Source: Deltaproteobacteria bacterium (GTDB taxonomy: Bacteria; Desulfobacterota; Syntrophia; Syntrophales; JACQWR01). Taken from it: a DNA stretch of 64,000 bases. This document shows positions 54,085 through 62,918 of the stretch, piece by piece. The stretch spans positions 8,478 through 72,477 of the forward strand of contig JAPLJV010000043.1 in NCBI GenBank assembly GCA_026388415.1, given 5' to 3'. Each line of letters begins with the position of its first letter. Positions within the stretch are counted from its first letter, which is position 1. A program made the translations under genes and the position numbers. Under the pieces are notes generated by a model. That model did not search any database and was not told the DNA's origin. It saw only the letters and a list, made by a program, of their open reading frames with translations.

Positions 54085-55713
54085 CTAAAATAAACCCGGT
54101 TCTGCAAACTCCCCAAATACATTCCGGAAAATACTTGTCATCTCGCCTACCGTAGCGTAGGCCTTGCAGCAACCTACCAGATAGGGCATGACGTTTTTGC
54201 CCGCCCGGGTCGCTTTCTCCAGCTCCTGAAGGGTGCGGGTCGTCTCGCGCTGGTCGCGTTCCCGCTTGACCCGCCTTAATTCCTCAATCTGCTTCTCGGC
54301 TGTCTCCCCGGTATATTCGTGCAGTTCCACGTCCTTCGACTCTCCCTCGGTATAGATATTGACGCCCACCTTGAGGAGCTCCCCGGACTGGATTCCCTTT
54401 TCGAATTCGTAGGCCTGCTGAGAGACAAGCTTTTGGATATAGCCCGTGGCGACTGCCGGGACAATCCCGCCCACCTTCTCGATTTTTGCCATTTCCTCCT
54501 CGATCTTCCCTTCCATCTCCTTCGTCAGCGTCTCGATAAAGTAGCTTCCCGCCAGCGGATCAACGGTATCCCGCAGGCCGATCTCGTCCATGAGGAGCTG
54601 CAGGGTCCGCAGCGAGATAACGGCCGAGTGGGGGGTCGGAATGGTATAGGCCTCGTCGTAGCTGCACAGGGCGGTAGTCTGAGCCCCGGCCAGGGCAGCG
54701 GAGAGGGCGTAATAGGCGCCGCGCATGATGTTGTTCTCGGGCTGCGCCTTGGTAAGGCCGTAGCCGCCGCCGCCGAAGAGCCCGCGCATGAACATGTTGG
54801 CTTCCTTCTTGACGCCGTATTTTTCTTTCAGGTTCCTCGCCCAGAGTTTCCGGGCGGCCCGGAACTTCGCTACCTGTTCCCAGATATTGCCGAAGACATT
54901 AAAATTAAAGGAGAACCGGCCCACAAATTCGTCAACATCATAGCCGCGCGGCAGGACATTATCAATGTAGGCATTGGCAATCAAAATGGCATAGCCGATC
55001 TCCTGCGCGGGAGTAGCCCCCGATTCCCGGATGTGATACCCGCAGATGGAAACCGGATTGGTGCGCGGCATGGTGGTCATGGAATATTCGATGGTATCGC
55101 CGATAAGCTTCACCGCCGGCTCAACGGGGAAAACCCAGGCCCCCCGGCCGATCATTTCCTTCAAGATATCGTTTTGCGGCGTCGCGGAAATCACCTTGGC
55201 GTCATAGCCGTACTTTTCGGCCACGGCCTGGTACATGGCCAGCATAATCGAGGCCACGGCGTTGATGGTCAAACCGGAGCCGATCTCGGCCAGATTGATG
55301 TCCTTGAAGGCGACTTCAAAGTCGCGCAGGGAATCAACCGCCATGCCCACACGCCCCACCTCTCCTTCCGCCATGGGGTCATCAGAGTCATAGCCCATCT
55401 GGGTGGGCAGATCAAAGGCTACGTTCAAACCTGTCTGGCCGTGGGCGATCATCAATTTGAAACGTTCGTTCGTCTCGTAGGACGTCCCGAAACCCGTGTA
55501 TTGTCGAGTTGTCCAGGCCCGGCTGCGGTAGCCCTGGCGATGGATGGCCCGCGTAAAGGGGTAGGCGCCGGGATCGGCCAGGTCTTTTTCATAGGAAAAA
55601 CCGACCCGCTCCAGATCCCCGGGACCGTAGAACGGTTTGACATGGATGCCCGACTGCAGGGTCACATCAGTAATCTGGCCTTTCGCATCCTTGGTATACT
55701 TTGCTACGCCCAT
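54085..55713 (-). CDS. B12-dependent acyl-CoA mutase, large (substrate-binding) subunit
   Basis: 542 aa. PFTRAIHRQGYRSRAWTTRQYTGFGTSYETNERFKLMIAHGQTGLNVAFDLPTQMGYDSD is the MCM-family TIM-barrel signature. No fused B12 domain. Confidence 0.92.
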   Translation of the reverse strand: MGVAKYTKDAKGQITDVTLQSGIHVKPFYGPGDLERVGFSYEKDLADPGAYPFTRAIHRQGYRSRAWTTRQYTGFGTSYETNERFKLMIAHGQTGLNVAFDLPTQMGYDSDDPMAEGEVGRVGMAVDSLRDFEVAFKDINLAEIGSGLTINAVASIMLAMYQAVAEKYGYDAKVISATPQNDILKEMIGRGAWVFPVEPAVKLIGDTIEYSMTTMPRTNPVSICGYHIRESGATPAQEIGYAILIANAYIDNVLPRGYDVDEFVGRFSFNFNVFGNIWEQVAKFRAARKLWARNLKEKYGVKKEANMFMRGLFGGGGYGLTKAQPENNIMRGAYYALSAALAGAQTTALCSYDEAYTIPTPHSAVISLRTLQLLMDEIGLRDTVDPLAGSYFIETLTKEMEGKIEEEMAKIEKVGGIVPAVATGYIQKLVSQQAYEFEKGIQSGELLKVGVNIYTEGESKDVELHEYTGETAEKQIEELRRVKRERDQRETTRTLQELEKATRAGKNVMPYLVGCCKAYATVGEMTSIFRNVFGEFAEPGLF

Positions 55714-55721
55714 TTCGCCTC

Positions 55722-56120
55722 CTATCCTCTTCTCACATTTTCCTTGATTACACTGACAATCTCCGCGAACGGCGTCCCGCCCGGGAAGACGCCCTGCACC
55801 CCCAGTTCCTTGAGCTTCGGGATGTCGCGGCCGGGGATTACCCCCCCTACAACAACCATCTTATCGCCAATTCCCGCCGCGCGGGCCTTCTGTACGAGTT
55901 TCTCCGCGATGGGGATATGGGCGCCGCTCATGATGGAAAGCCCGATTACATCCACATCCTCCTGGAGGGCAACCGTAACAATCTGATCCACCGTTCTATG
56001 CAGGCCCGTGTAGATGACCTCCATACCCGCCTCCATGAGCGCATGCGCCACGACTTTTGCCCCGCGGTCATGCCCGTCAAGTCCCGGTTTCGCTATGAGT
56101 ATCCTGATATTTCTTGCCAC
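55722..56120 (-). CDS. acyl-CoA mutase small subunit (cobalamin-binding domain)
   Basis: GTG at 56120 lies 8 nt after AAGGAGG. RILIAKPGLDGHDRGAKVVA contains the DxHxxG B12-binding motif. Confidence 0.88.
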   Translation of the reverse strand: MARNIRILIAKPGLDGHDRGAKVVAHALMEAGMEVIYTGLHRTVDQIVTVALQEDVDVIGLSIMSGAHIPIAEKLVQKARAAGIGDKMVVVGGVIPGRDIPKLKELGVQGVFPGGTPFAEIVSVIKENVRRG

Positions 56121-56146
56121 TGTTATCGCCTCCTTACCCCGATGAA

Positions 56147-56422
56147 CTATCCGTATCTGTACTGGACGCCGCATCCATCGGCCGGGTAAACCCAGTCTAC
56201 TGACTTATAGATGCACGCAATCTTGCAGCTTCCGCATTCCAGGCAGCCCGCATATTCCACGACCATTTCGCCTGTCTCCTCATTCAAGGAATAGAGGTGC
56301 CCCGGACACACGGGGATGCACATCCGCTCCGGGCAGGTACCGCAGATTTTCTGGTCGAGTTTGATATGGCTCTCGCGATCGTTTTTCATCGCGTTAAGCG
56401 CTATCTTTTCTGCCACTTTCAT
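56147..56422 (-). CDS. fixX: ferredoxin-like protein FixX
   Basis: ATG at 56422 lies 2 nt after the fixC stop. CPERMCIPVCPGHLY...GCLECGSCKIAC. Confidence 0.88.
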   Translation of the reverse strand: MKVAEKIALNAMKNDRESHIKLDQKICGTCPERMCIPVCPGHLYSLNEETGEMVVEYAGCLECGSCKIACIYKSVDWVYPADGCGVQYRYG

Positions 56423-56424
56423 GA

Positions 56425-57714
56425 CTACATTTTCCTCATGCTTAACAAGTCCTTGCACGCTTCCCAGTTGAGGATATATTTCCTGGCGACCGCCTTGGCG
56501 CTTGCGTACAAGGGCTCTTTTTTACCCGGGCCGATGGTGAACAATGCCGCGAGCAGTTCGGAAATGAATTTGGGATAAACGGTGAAGAGTCTTTTATTTT
56601 CGAGCACATCTCTGGTGTGACGGAAGGTCTCCATATCAGCAAGCACAAAACTAGCCCGGAGCTTCTGCTCGTAGCGGGAGAGGAAAGCTGCCGACAGGTC
56701 CCCCTGGGTCAGGGCTTCATCGGCCACCCCGGCGGCTATTGCCCCCGAGGCAACGGCAAATTCCATGCCCCTTACCGTCAACCCGAGATTGAGTGAGAAA
56801 CCGGCGGCATCGCCGGTGACGAGCATTCCGCCCGTGTAAAGCTTTGGAACACCCCCTGCTCCGGCCTCAGAAATGATATGGGCCGCGTATTCCTTCAGCT
56901 CACCCCCTCGTATCCATCGCTGCACCTCCGGCCGCGCTGAAAACTCCTCCATGAGCTGGGAGGCGGCAACAGGATTCTTCTGCTTGATCAAGTCGCCAAT
57001 GCTTACGACGATCCCCAGGGAGAGCGTATCGCGATTCGTATAGAGAAACCCGCCTCCGAACATGCCCTTGGTAATGGCGCCGACAAAGAGATTGGCGGCC
57101 CCTTCCCCCGGTTGCAGGCCGAAACGATCTTCGATGGTCTTTGCGTCCAGCCGGTAAATTTCCTTGACGGCCACGGCGTAGTTGCGCGGTTCCAAGGGCT
57201 CTCTGAGACCGGCCTTTTCCGCCAGGAAGGAGAGCGCCCCGTCGGCTGCGATGACGATATGGGCACCGATCTCTTCGTCCCCCGCCTTGATCCCCGCCAC
57301 GCGGCCATCTTCCCACAGGAGTGCATCAACCTTCTTTTTCGGGATAACAAAGGCACCCTTTTCGCCCACTTTTTCCGCGAGCCAACTGTCGAAGGTCGCC
57401 CGCAGCACGGTATAGCTCATGTAGGGCTCGCGGCGCCAACTGTCATTGGCATATTCTAACTGCACGGATGCGTCCTCATCGAGCACCGTGATGATCTCTT
57501 TCACGACATGCCGTTCAAATGGCGCCTCCGCAATGATCCCGGGAAGATATTCCCTGATGGGCTCTACATACATTCTGCCGCCCGTCACATTTTTACTCCC
57601 CGGAACGTCTCCCCGCTCCAGGAGTATTACCTGCCGACCGGCATCGGCGAGATGGTAGGCCGCCGTTAATCCGGCCAATCCCCCACCTACGATGATTGCA
57701 TCCACTTTGTCCAT
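56425..57714 (-). CDS. fixC: FAD-dependent ETF:quinone-type oxidoreductase FixC
   Basis: 429 aa. DAIIVGGGLAGLTAAYHLA dinucleotide fold. Context etfBA-fixCX. Confidence 0.9.
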   Translation of the reverse strand: MDKVDAIIVGGGLAGLTAAYHLADAGRQVILLERGDVPGSKNVTGGRMYVEPIREYLPGIIAEAPFERHVVKEIITVLDEDASVQLEYANDSWRREPYMSYTVLRATFDSWLAEKVGEKGAFVIPKKKVDALLWEDGRVAGIKAGDEEIGAHIVIAADGALSFLAEKAGLREPLEPRNYAVAVKEIYRLDAKTIEDRFGLQPGEGAANLFVGAITKGMFGGGFLYTNRDTLSLGIVVSIGDLIKQKNPVAASQLMEEFSARPEVQRWIRGGELKEYAAHIISEAGAGGVPKLYTGGMLVTGDAAGFSLNLGLTVRGMEFAVASGAIAAGVADEALTQGDLSAAFLSRYEQKLRASFVLADMETFRHTRDVLENKRLFTVYPKFISELLAALFTIGPGKKEPLYASAKAVARKYILNWEACKDLLSMRKM

Positions 57715-57737
57715 TGAGTATATCTATGGGAATCAGT

Positions 57738-58715
57738 CTATTTCCCGCGCCTTTTTCTCAGTTCCTCAGTCATCGCCGGCAACACCTCAAAGAGGTCTCC
57801 CACGATACCGTAATTTGCGTAGTTAAAAATGATAGCATTCGGATCATTATTGACGGCCAGGACGACCTTGGAGGTGTCCATTCCCATGATATGGTGGATC
57901 GCACCCGAAATGCCCGCCCCCAGATAAAACTTCGGCGAAACGGTTTTCCCGCTTTTGCCGATCTGGTCGGCCTGATCCCGCCACTTGGCATCCACGATGG
58001 ACCTCGTTGCCCCTACGGTGGCGCCGATAGTAGCGGCCAACTCTTCGATGAGCCGGAAATTCTCGGCGGCTTTCAGCCCCCGGCCACCGGCCACAATCAG
58101 GTCTGCCTCCGTCAGGTCAACTTTGCCCAGGGTGGTCTCCTCGGTCTTGATGACTGTCGTCTTTAACTGCGCAGGTGTGATGCCGGCCTGAAATTCTGCC
58201 AACTCCCCTTTTTTGGCAAGAGGTTCACCCACTGCGAAGCTATTGGGCCGCGTCGTCACGATAATTGGAGAAGCGGAAAAAGAGACCTCGGCCAGGACCC
58301 TGCCGCCGTACATGGGTCGGACAAACGTCAGGGGGTCTTTGTCCCAGTTGGCTGCGGTCACATCCGAGGCAATGCCCGTCTCCAGGAGCACTGCCACCCG
58401 TGGCAGGAAGTCGCGCCCCCGCTGCGTAGCCCCGGCCAGGATCAGCTTCGCGCCTGCCTCCCGCGCGTAACCGGCCAGCGCCAGTGCATAGCCCTCGGCC
58501 GTGTAGCTCTCCAGCACGGGGTCCGTAACGTGGATGAGCTTTTCCGTATAATTAAGAACCTTTTCCTTTACCGTGCCGGACAGCTTCCCCAGAAACACGG
58601 CTTCCATGCTGAACCGCCCGCTTCCGGCAAGCTTCAAACCTTCCGAAAGCATTTCCAGGGAAACCTTCCGCGGCTCGTCACCCTTGGCCTCTACAAATAC
58701 CAGTATCTTATCCAT
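57738..58715 (-). CDS. etfA: electron transfer flavoprotein alpha subunit
   Basis: 325 aa. [11 protein letters not shown]..., [27 protein letters not shown] FAD-binding signature. Confidence 0.93.
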   Translation of the reverse strand: [325 protein letters not shown]

Positions 58716-58720
58716 ATATT

Positions 58721-59503
58721 TTATAATACCCTTTCTACGTCCATCAAAATCCTTACCGCTTCCACAGCGGCCTCGGCAGGCGTACCGGGAATGAGCTGCA
58801 CGGCGGGTTTTTTCTTCGGCAGCGAGTATTGCACCACCTTTACCTTCGACCCTGTCCGGCCGGTCTGATCAGCCGTAAGCCCCAGGTCGGCGGCCTTTAC
58901 TCTCGCTACCTGAACCTTCATGGCCTTCATAACACCCGTAATCAGAGGGACTCGCGGTTCGTTCAGTCCCTTCTGAGCGGTAAATACTGCGGGCAACTGC
59001 ACTTGCACCGTCTCTTTGCCCCCCTCTACAGCAACCTCCGCGATGGCCTTACCATCAGCCACATCAAGCTTCACAATCCCGCCTACATGCGGCAGTCCCA
59101 GCAACTGGGCTACCATCTGCCCGACTTCTCCGCGATCAGCGTCAATAGCCTGCCTGCCACAGAGAATGATATCAAAGGGTTCTTTGGCTATGGCCCGACT
59201 CAAGGCAAGCGCCGTCGCATACCCGTCGCCGTCTAAAAAAGCCTCGTCCTCCAGGAGCACCGCTTCGTCGGCTCCCATGGCAATGCCGGTCCTCAAGGCC
59301 TCAATTGCCTTCCCGCTCCCCAGGGCCACAACCTTCACTTTTCCAGGGTGTTTCGCTTTGATCCGCAGTGCTTCTTCAATGGCAAATTCGTCAAACAGGT
59401 TCAAGGCAAACTTCTGTTCTATATCGAGACTTACCCCGTCGCCGCCGATAGCCACCAAAGCTTCCGGGTCCGGGATCTGTTTTACCAGAACAACAACGTT
59501 CAT
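58721..59503 (-). CDS. etfB: electron transfer flavoprotein beta subunit
   Basis: 260 aa. MNVVVLVKQIPDPE..., FDIILCGRQAIDADRGEVG. Confidence 0.93.
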   Translation of the reverse strand: MNVVVLVKQIPDPEALVAIGGDGVSLDIEQKFALNLFDEFAIEEALRIKAKHPGKVKVVALGSGKAIEALRTGIAMGADEAVLLEDEAFLDGDGYATALALSRAIAKEPFDIILCGRQAIDADRGEVGQMVAQLLGLPHVGGIVKLDVADGKAIAEVAVEGGKETVQVQLPAVFTAQKGLNEPRVPLITGVMKAMKVQVARVKAADLGLTADQTGRTGSKVKVVQYSLPKKKPAVQLIPGTPAEAAVEAVRILMDVERVL

Positions 59504-59736
59504 AACCGTCTCCTCCTGATTCAGGACAATTATCTTAACCAGTAATCTTCTTGCGGTGCTCCTAACATTTTTACCTTAAAGTGACAACAAAAAACTATGA
59601 AGCCTTGATAAATTTTTATAAATGCTTAAATTTTAGTCACGTAGGATTTAGATCACCAACCGCAGGCTGGTCGAGGAAGCGCTGGAAGAAGATAATGATT
59701 ATCTGAAATTGTTTGCCGAGTGCGGGTAGGGAGGCG

Positions 59737-61737
59737 TCACATCTCCAGCAGTAAAGCGGAAAGTTCCTTGATCCGATCCCGGAGCTCGGCCGCCTTTTCG
59801 AAATTGAGCTCCCCGGCGGCTTCCTTCATTTCTGCCTTCAGCTTGCGGATGATTTCCGGCAGTTCCTTTTCCGACATATAGGCGGCGTTTTTTTCGTCCA
59901 CTGTGGGCACTTTGAGATAGTCGGCTTCATAGACGGAAGCGAGGATATTATGGATTGACTTGCGGATGCTCTCGGGCGTAATGCCGTTTTGCCTGTTATA
60001 GTTAGCCTGGATATTCCGTCTTCTTTCCGTCTCCCGCAGGCAAACCGCGATGGAATCCGTTATCTTATCGGCGTACATGATCACCTGACCGGCAACGTTT
60101 CGCGCTGCCCGGCCACTGGTCTGGATCAGCGAGCGGGCGGAACGGAGGAAGCCCTCCTTGTCCGCATCCAGGATCGCGACGAGCGATACCTCCGGGATGT
60201 CCAGCCCTTCCCGGAGCAGATTCACCCCGATCAGGGCATCGAACTTGCCCAGCCTCAGGTCACGGATGATGTCCACCCGGTCCAGCGTATGCACATCGGA
60301 ATGGAGATACTTGACCTTGACGCCCAAGCCCTCGTAGTAGGAGGTCAGATTTTCCGCCATCCTCTTGGTCAGCGTCGTAACTAGTACGCGTTCGCTCTTT
60401 GTTGCCCGTTCCCTGATCTCGCCCAGGAGATCGTCCACCTGGCCCTCGACGGGCCTGATCAAAATAACCGGATCCATGAGCCCGGTCGGCCGGATGATCT
60501 GCTCCACCACGGTTCCCCCGGCTTTATCCAATTCCAGGACGGCCGGGGTGGCGGAGACATAGATCCTCTGATTCGGCAGCGCTTCATATTCTTCAAAGCG
60601 GAGCGGCCTGTTGTCCAGCGCCGAAGGCAGGCGAAAACCGTATTCCACAAGCGTCGTCTTGCGGGACCGGTCACCCCGGTACATGCCGATCAATTGGGGG
60701 AGAGTGGCGTGGCTTTCGTCAATGACGACCAAAGCGTCGGCCGGAAAATATTCCATCAGGGTGGGCGGCGGCTCGCCGGGCTTTCTGCCCGTCAGGTGGC
60801 GGGAATAATTCTCGATACCCTGACAGTAGCCCATCTCCTCCATCATTTCGATATCGAAATGCGTGCGCTGCTCCAGGCGCTGGGCCTCGACGAGTTTGTT
60901 GAGCCCGTTTAATTCCCGGAGCCGGAGCCCCAGCTCATCCTGGATCGCCACAATGGCCCTTTTAAGATTATCCTTCGTCGTCACATAATGGCTGCTGGGG
61001 TAGAGGGCAATCTTGGTCAGGCGGTCCAGCTTTCTGCCGCGCAGCGGGTCAATCAGAGAAATAGCCTCAATGTTGTCTCCGAAGAACTCGATCCGGATCG
61101 CCCTTTCCTGTTCGTAAGGGGGGAAGATCTCGACGATGTCTCCGCGCACCCGAAAAGTGCCGCGGTGAAAATCAATGTCGTTGCGTTCATACTGCATTTC
61201 AACGAGACGGTGGAGCATGGTATCGCGGGCTATATCCATTCCTTCCGCCAACGCCAGCAGCATGCCGTGGTAGGTCTCGGGGGAACCGAGCCCGTAGATG
61301 CAGGAAACGCTCGCGACAATGATGACATCGCGGCGTTCCAGGAGGGAATGCGTGGCGCTGTGGCGCAGCTTGTCAATTTCGTCATTGATGGCCGAGTCTT
61401 TTTCGATATACGTATCCGTGCTGGGAAGATAGGCCTCGGGCTGGTAGTAATCGTAGTAACTCACGAAATACTCGACGGCATTTTCGGGAAACAGCAGCTT
61501 GAATTCACCGTAAAGCTGGGCAGCCAGAGTCTTGTTGTGGGCGATGATCAGGGCCGGCCGCTGTACCGCCTCAATGACATTGGCGATCGTGAAGGTCTTG
61601 CCCGAGCCAGTGACGCCGAGGAGCACCTGATGGCCCGCGCCCCCCTCTATCCCGGCCACCAGCTTGGCAATCGCCTGGGGTTGATCGCCACTGGGTTTAT
61701 ATTCGGAAAAAATTTTAAATTTCTGCATTCTCGTCAC
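59737..61737 (-). CDS. uvrB: excinuclease ABC subunit B
   Basis: 666 aa. [12 protein letters not shown] Walker A, DESH box, beta-hairpin [11 protein letters not shown]-terminal UVR domain. Confidence 0.97.
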   Translation of the reverse strand: MTRMQKFKIFSEYKPSGDQPQAIAKLVAGIEGGAGHQVLLGVTGSGKTFTIANVIEAVQRPALIIAHNKTLAAQLYGEFKLLFPENAVEYFVSYYDYYQPEAYLPSTDTYIEKDSAINDEIDKLRHSATHSLLERRDVIIVASVSCIYGLGSPETYHGMLLALAEGMDIARDTMLHRLVEMQYERNDIDFHRGTFRVRGDIVEIFPPYEQERAIRIEFFGDNIEAISLIDPLRGRKLDRLTKIALYPSSHYVTTKDNLKRAIVAIQDELGLRLRELNGLNKLVEAQRLEQRTHFDIEMMEEMGYCQGIENYSRHLTGRKPGEPPPTLMEYFPADALVVIDESHATLPQLIGMYRGDRSRKTTLVEYGFRLPSALDNRPLRFEEYEALPNQRIYVSATPAVLELDKAGGTVVEQIIRPTGLMDPVILIRPVEGQVDDLLGEIRERATKSERVLVTTLTKRMAENLTSYYEGLGVKVKYLHSDVHTLDRVDIIRDLRLGKFDALIGVNLLREGLDIPEVSLVAILDADKEGFLRSARSLIQTSGRAARNVAGQVIMYADKITDSIAVCLRETERRRNIQANYNRQNGITPESIRKSIHNILASVYEADYLKVPTVDEKNAAYMSEKELPEIIRKLKAEMKEAAGELNFEKAAELRDRIKELSALLLEM

Positions 61738-61812
61738 GCTTAAACGTAAATAATCGTTTAGTCAAGCAGTGTTTCCATATATTGGTTGAGTCCATTATCA
61801 ACCCCCAATTCT

Positions 61813-61921
61813 GTCATTCTCGCGACGTTTCCCCGACAAATAACTTCGGGGACGTGTCTGGGCGTGAATCCAGCTTGTCACTGCCTAAAATCATGGATGC
61901 CCGATAGGAGCATTCGGGCAT
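61813..61921. repeat. cluster of REP-like hairpins in the uvrB / hybA-like intergenic region
   Basis: GTCATTCT...GAATCCAG element (61813-61873) enclosing TCCCCGA-n9-TCGGGGA. Second hairpin ATGCCCGA-n9-TCGGGCAT (61897-61921). Confidence 0.45.
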
Positions 61922-62030
61922 GACAAAACGTATTGCAAATTATCTCGGTTGTTTATATTGTTAACACTAATATTCATAATGGCGTTGATGGGGCTGCAAC
62001 TTTTTGTAGTTAGAGAGGAACTAAATAGTT

Positions 62031-62918
62031 ATGGGAATGGATCGAAGGACTTTTCTAAAGGGAATGGGAGCAGGGATCGCGGCGGCAGTACCGGGCAGTT
62101 CCCTGCTGACAGGCAGCCTGGAGGCCAAAGAGGTTGCCGCCGGTAAGAAATTTATGGGAGTTCTTGTTGATACCACGCGGTGTATCGGCTGCCGCAGTTG
62201 CGAGGCGGCCTGCGCTGAGGTGAATGCGCTGCCGATCCCGGATATAGGTGATACATCGGCATTGAATAAAATCCGTAAGACATCTGTAACGCAATTGACC
62301 GTGGTCAATCGCTACAAAACGGACAAAGGAGAGGTTTTTGCGAAGAAGCAATGTATGCACTGCAATCAGCCCGGCTGTGTCTCGGCCTGCCCGGTTAATG
62401 CGATGAAAAAGAGGGTGGACGGAGCGGTTACCTGGGACACCAATTGCATGGGTTGCCGGTTTTGCATGGTTTCCTGCCCCTTTGACATTCCCAAGTTTGA
62501 ATATCAGAGCGCTACCCCCAAAATCCTGAAATGCACCCTCTGCTGGGAGAGACTTAAGAAAGGACAAAAGCCTGCCTGCGTGGAAGCCTGTCCGGCGGAG
62601 GCCCTCACCTTCGGCGCCCGGAGGCAGCTCATTGAAGAGGCAAATCACCGAATCTACACGGAATCAGGGAAATATATCTCCCACATTTACGGAGAGCACG
62701 AGGTAGGCGGCACCGGGTATCTTTATATTTCCGCGGTTCCATTTGAACAGATCGGCTTCCGGACCGATCTGGGGACAACCTCTTATCCAGAGTTCAGCAA
62801 GGGATTTCTCTATTCTGTTCCCATTGTCCTGCTTCTCTGGCCTGCATTTTTGATCGGAGTAAAAACCATGACCAGTCGGAAAGATGAACTTCAAAGCAGG
62901 GAAGGAAGGGAAAAATGA
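62031..62918 (+). CDS. Tat-exported 4x[4Fe-4S] ferredoxin subunit, HybA/NrfC/DsrO-like
   Basis: 295 aa. Twin-arginine MGMDRRTFLKGMG, CIGCRSCEAAC, CMHCNQPGCVSACP, CMGCRFCMVSCP, CTLC...CVEACP. C-terminal TM. Confidence 0.85.
   Translation: MGMDRRTFLKGMGAGIAAAVPGSSLLTGSLEAKEVAAGKKFMGVLVDTTRCIGCRSCEAACAEVNALPIPDIGDTSALNKIRKTSVTQLTVVNRYKTDKGEVFAKKQCMHCNQPGCVSACPVNAMKKRVDGAVTWDTNCMGCRFCMVSCPFDIPKFEYQSATPKILKCTLCWERLKKGQKPACVEACPAEALTFGARRQLIEEANHRIYTESGKYISHIYGEHEVGGTGYLYISAVPFEQIGFRTDLGTTSYPEFSKGFLYSVPIVLLLWPAFLIGVKTMTSRKDELQSREGREK

Noticed and set aside
54319-55986. 555-aa plus-strand ORF, the longest unexplained ORF in the track.
   Set aside because: It is entirely antisense to the well-recognised mutase large and small subunit genes. 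The translation is low-complexity and rich in G/R/P/H/L, with no motifs. It is a typical shadow ORF of GC-rich DNA.
59620-59736. Plus-strand reading ...RRLVEEALEEDNDYLKLFAECG* downstream of uvrB, which looks like a protein C-terminus.
   Set aside because: It has no start codon and only about 25 codons. It cannot be distinguished from chance, though it may be another gene fossil.
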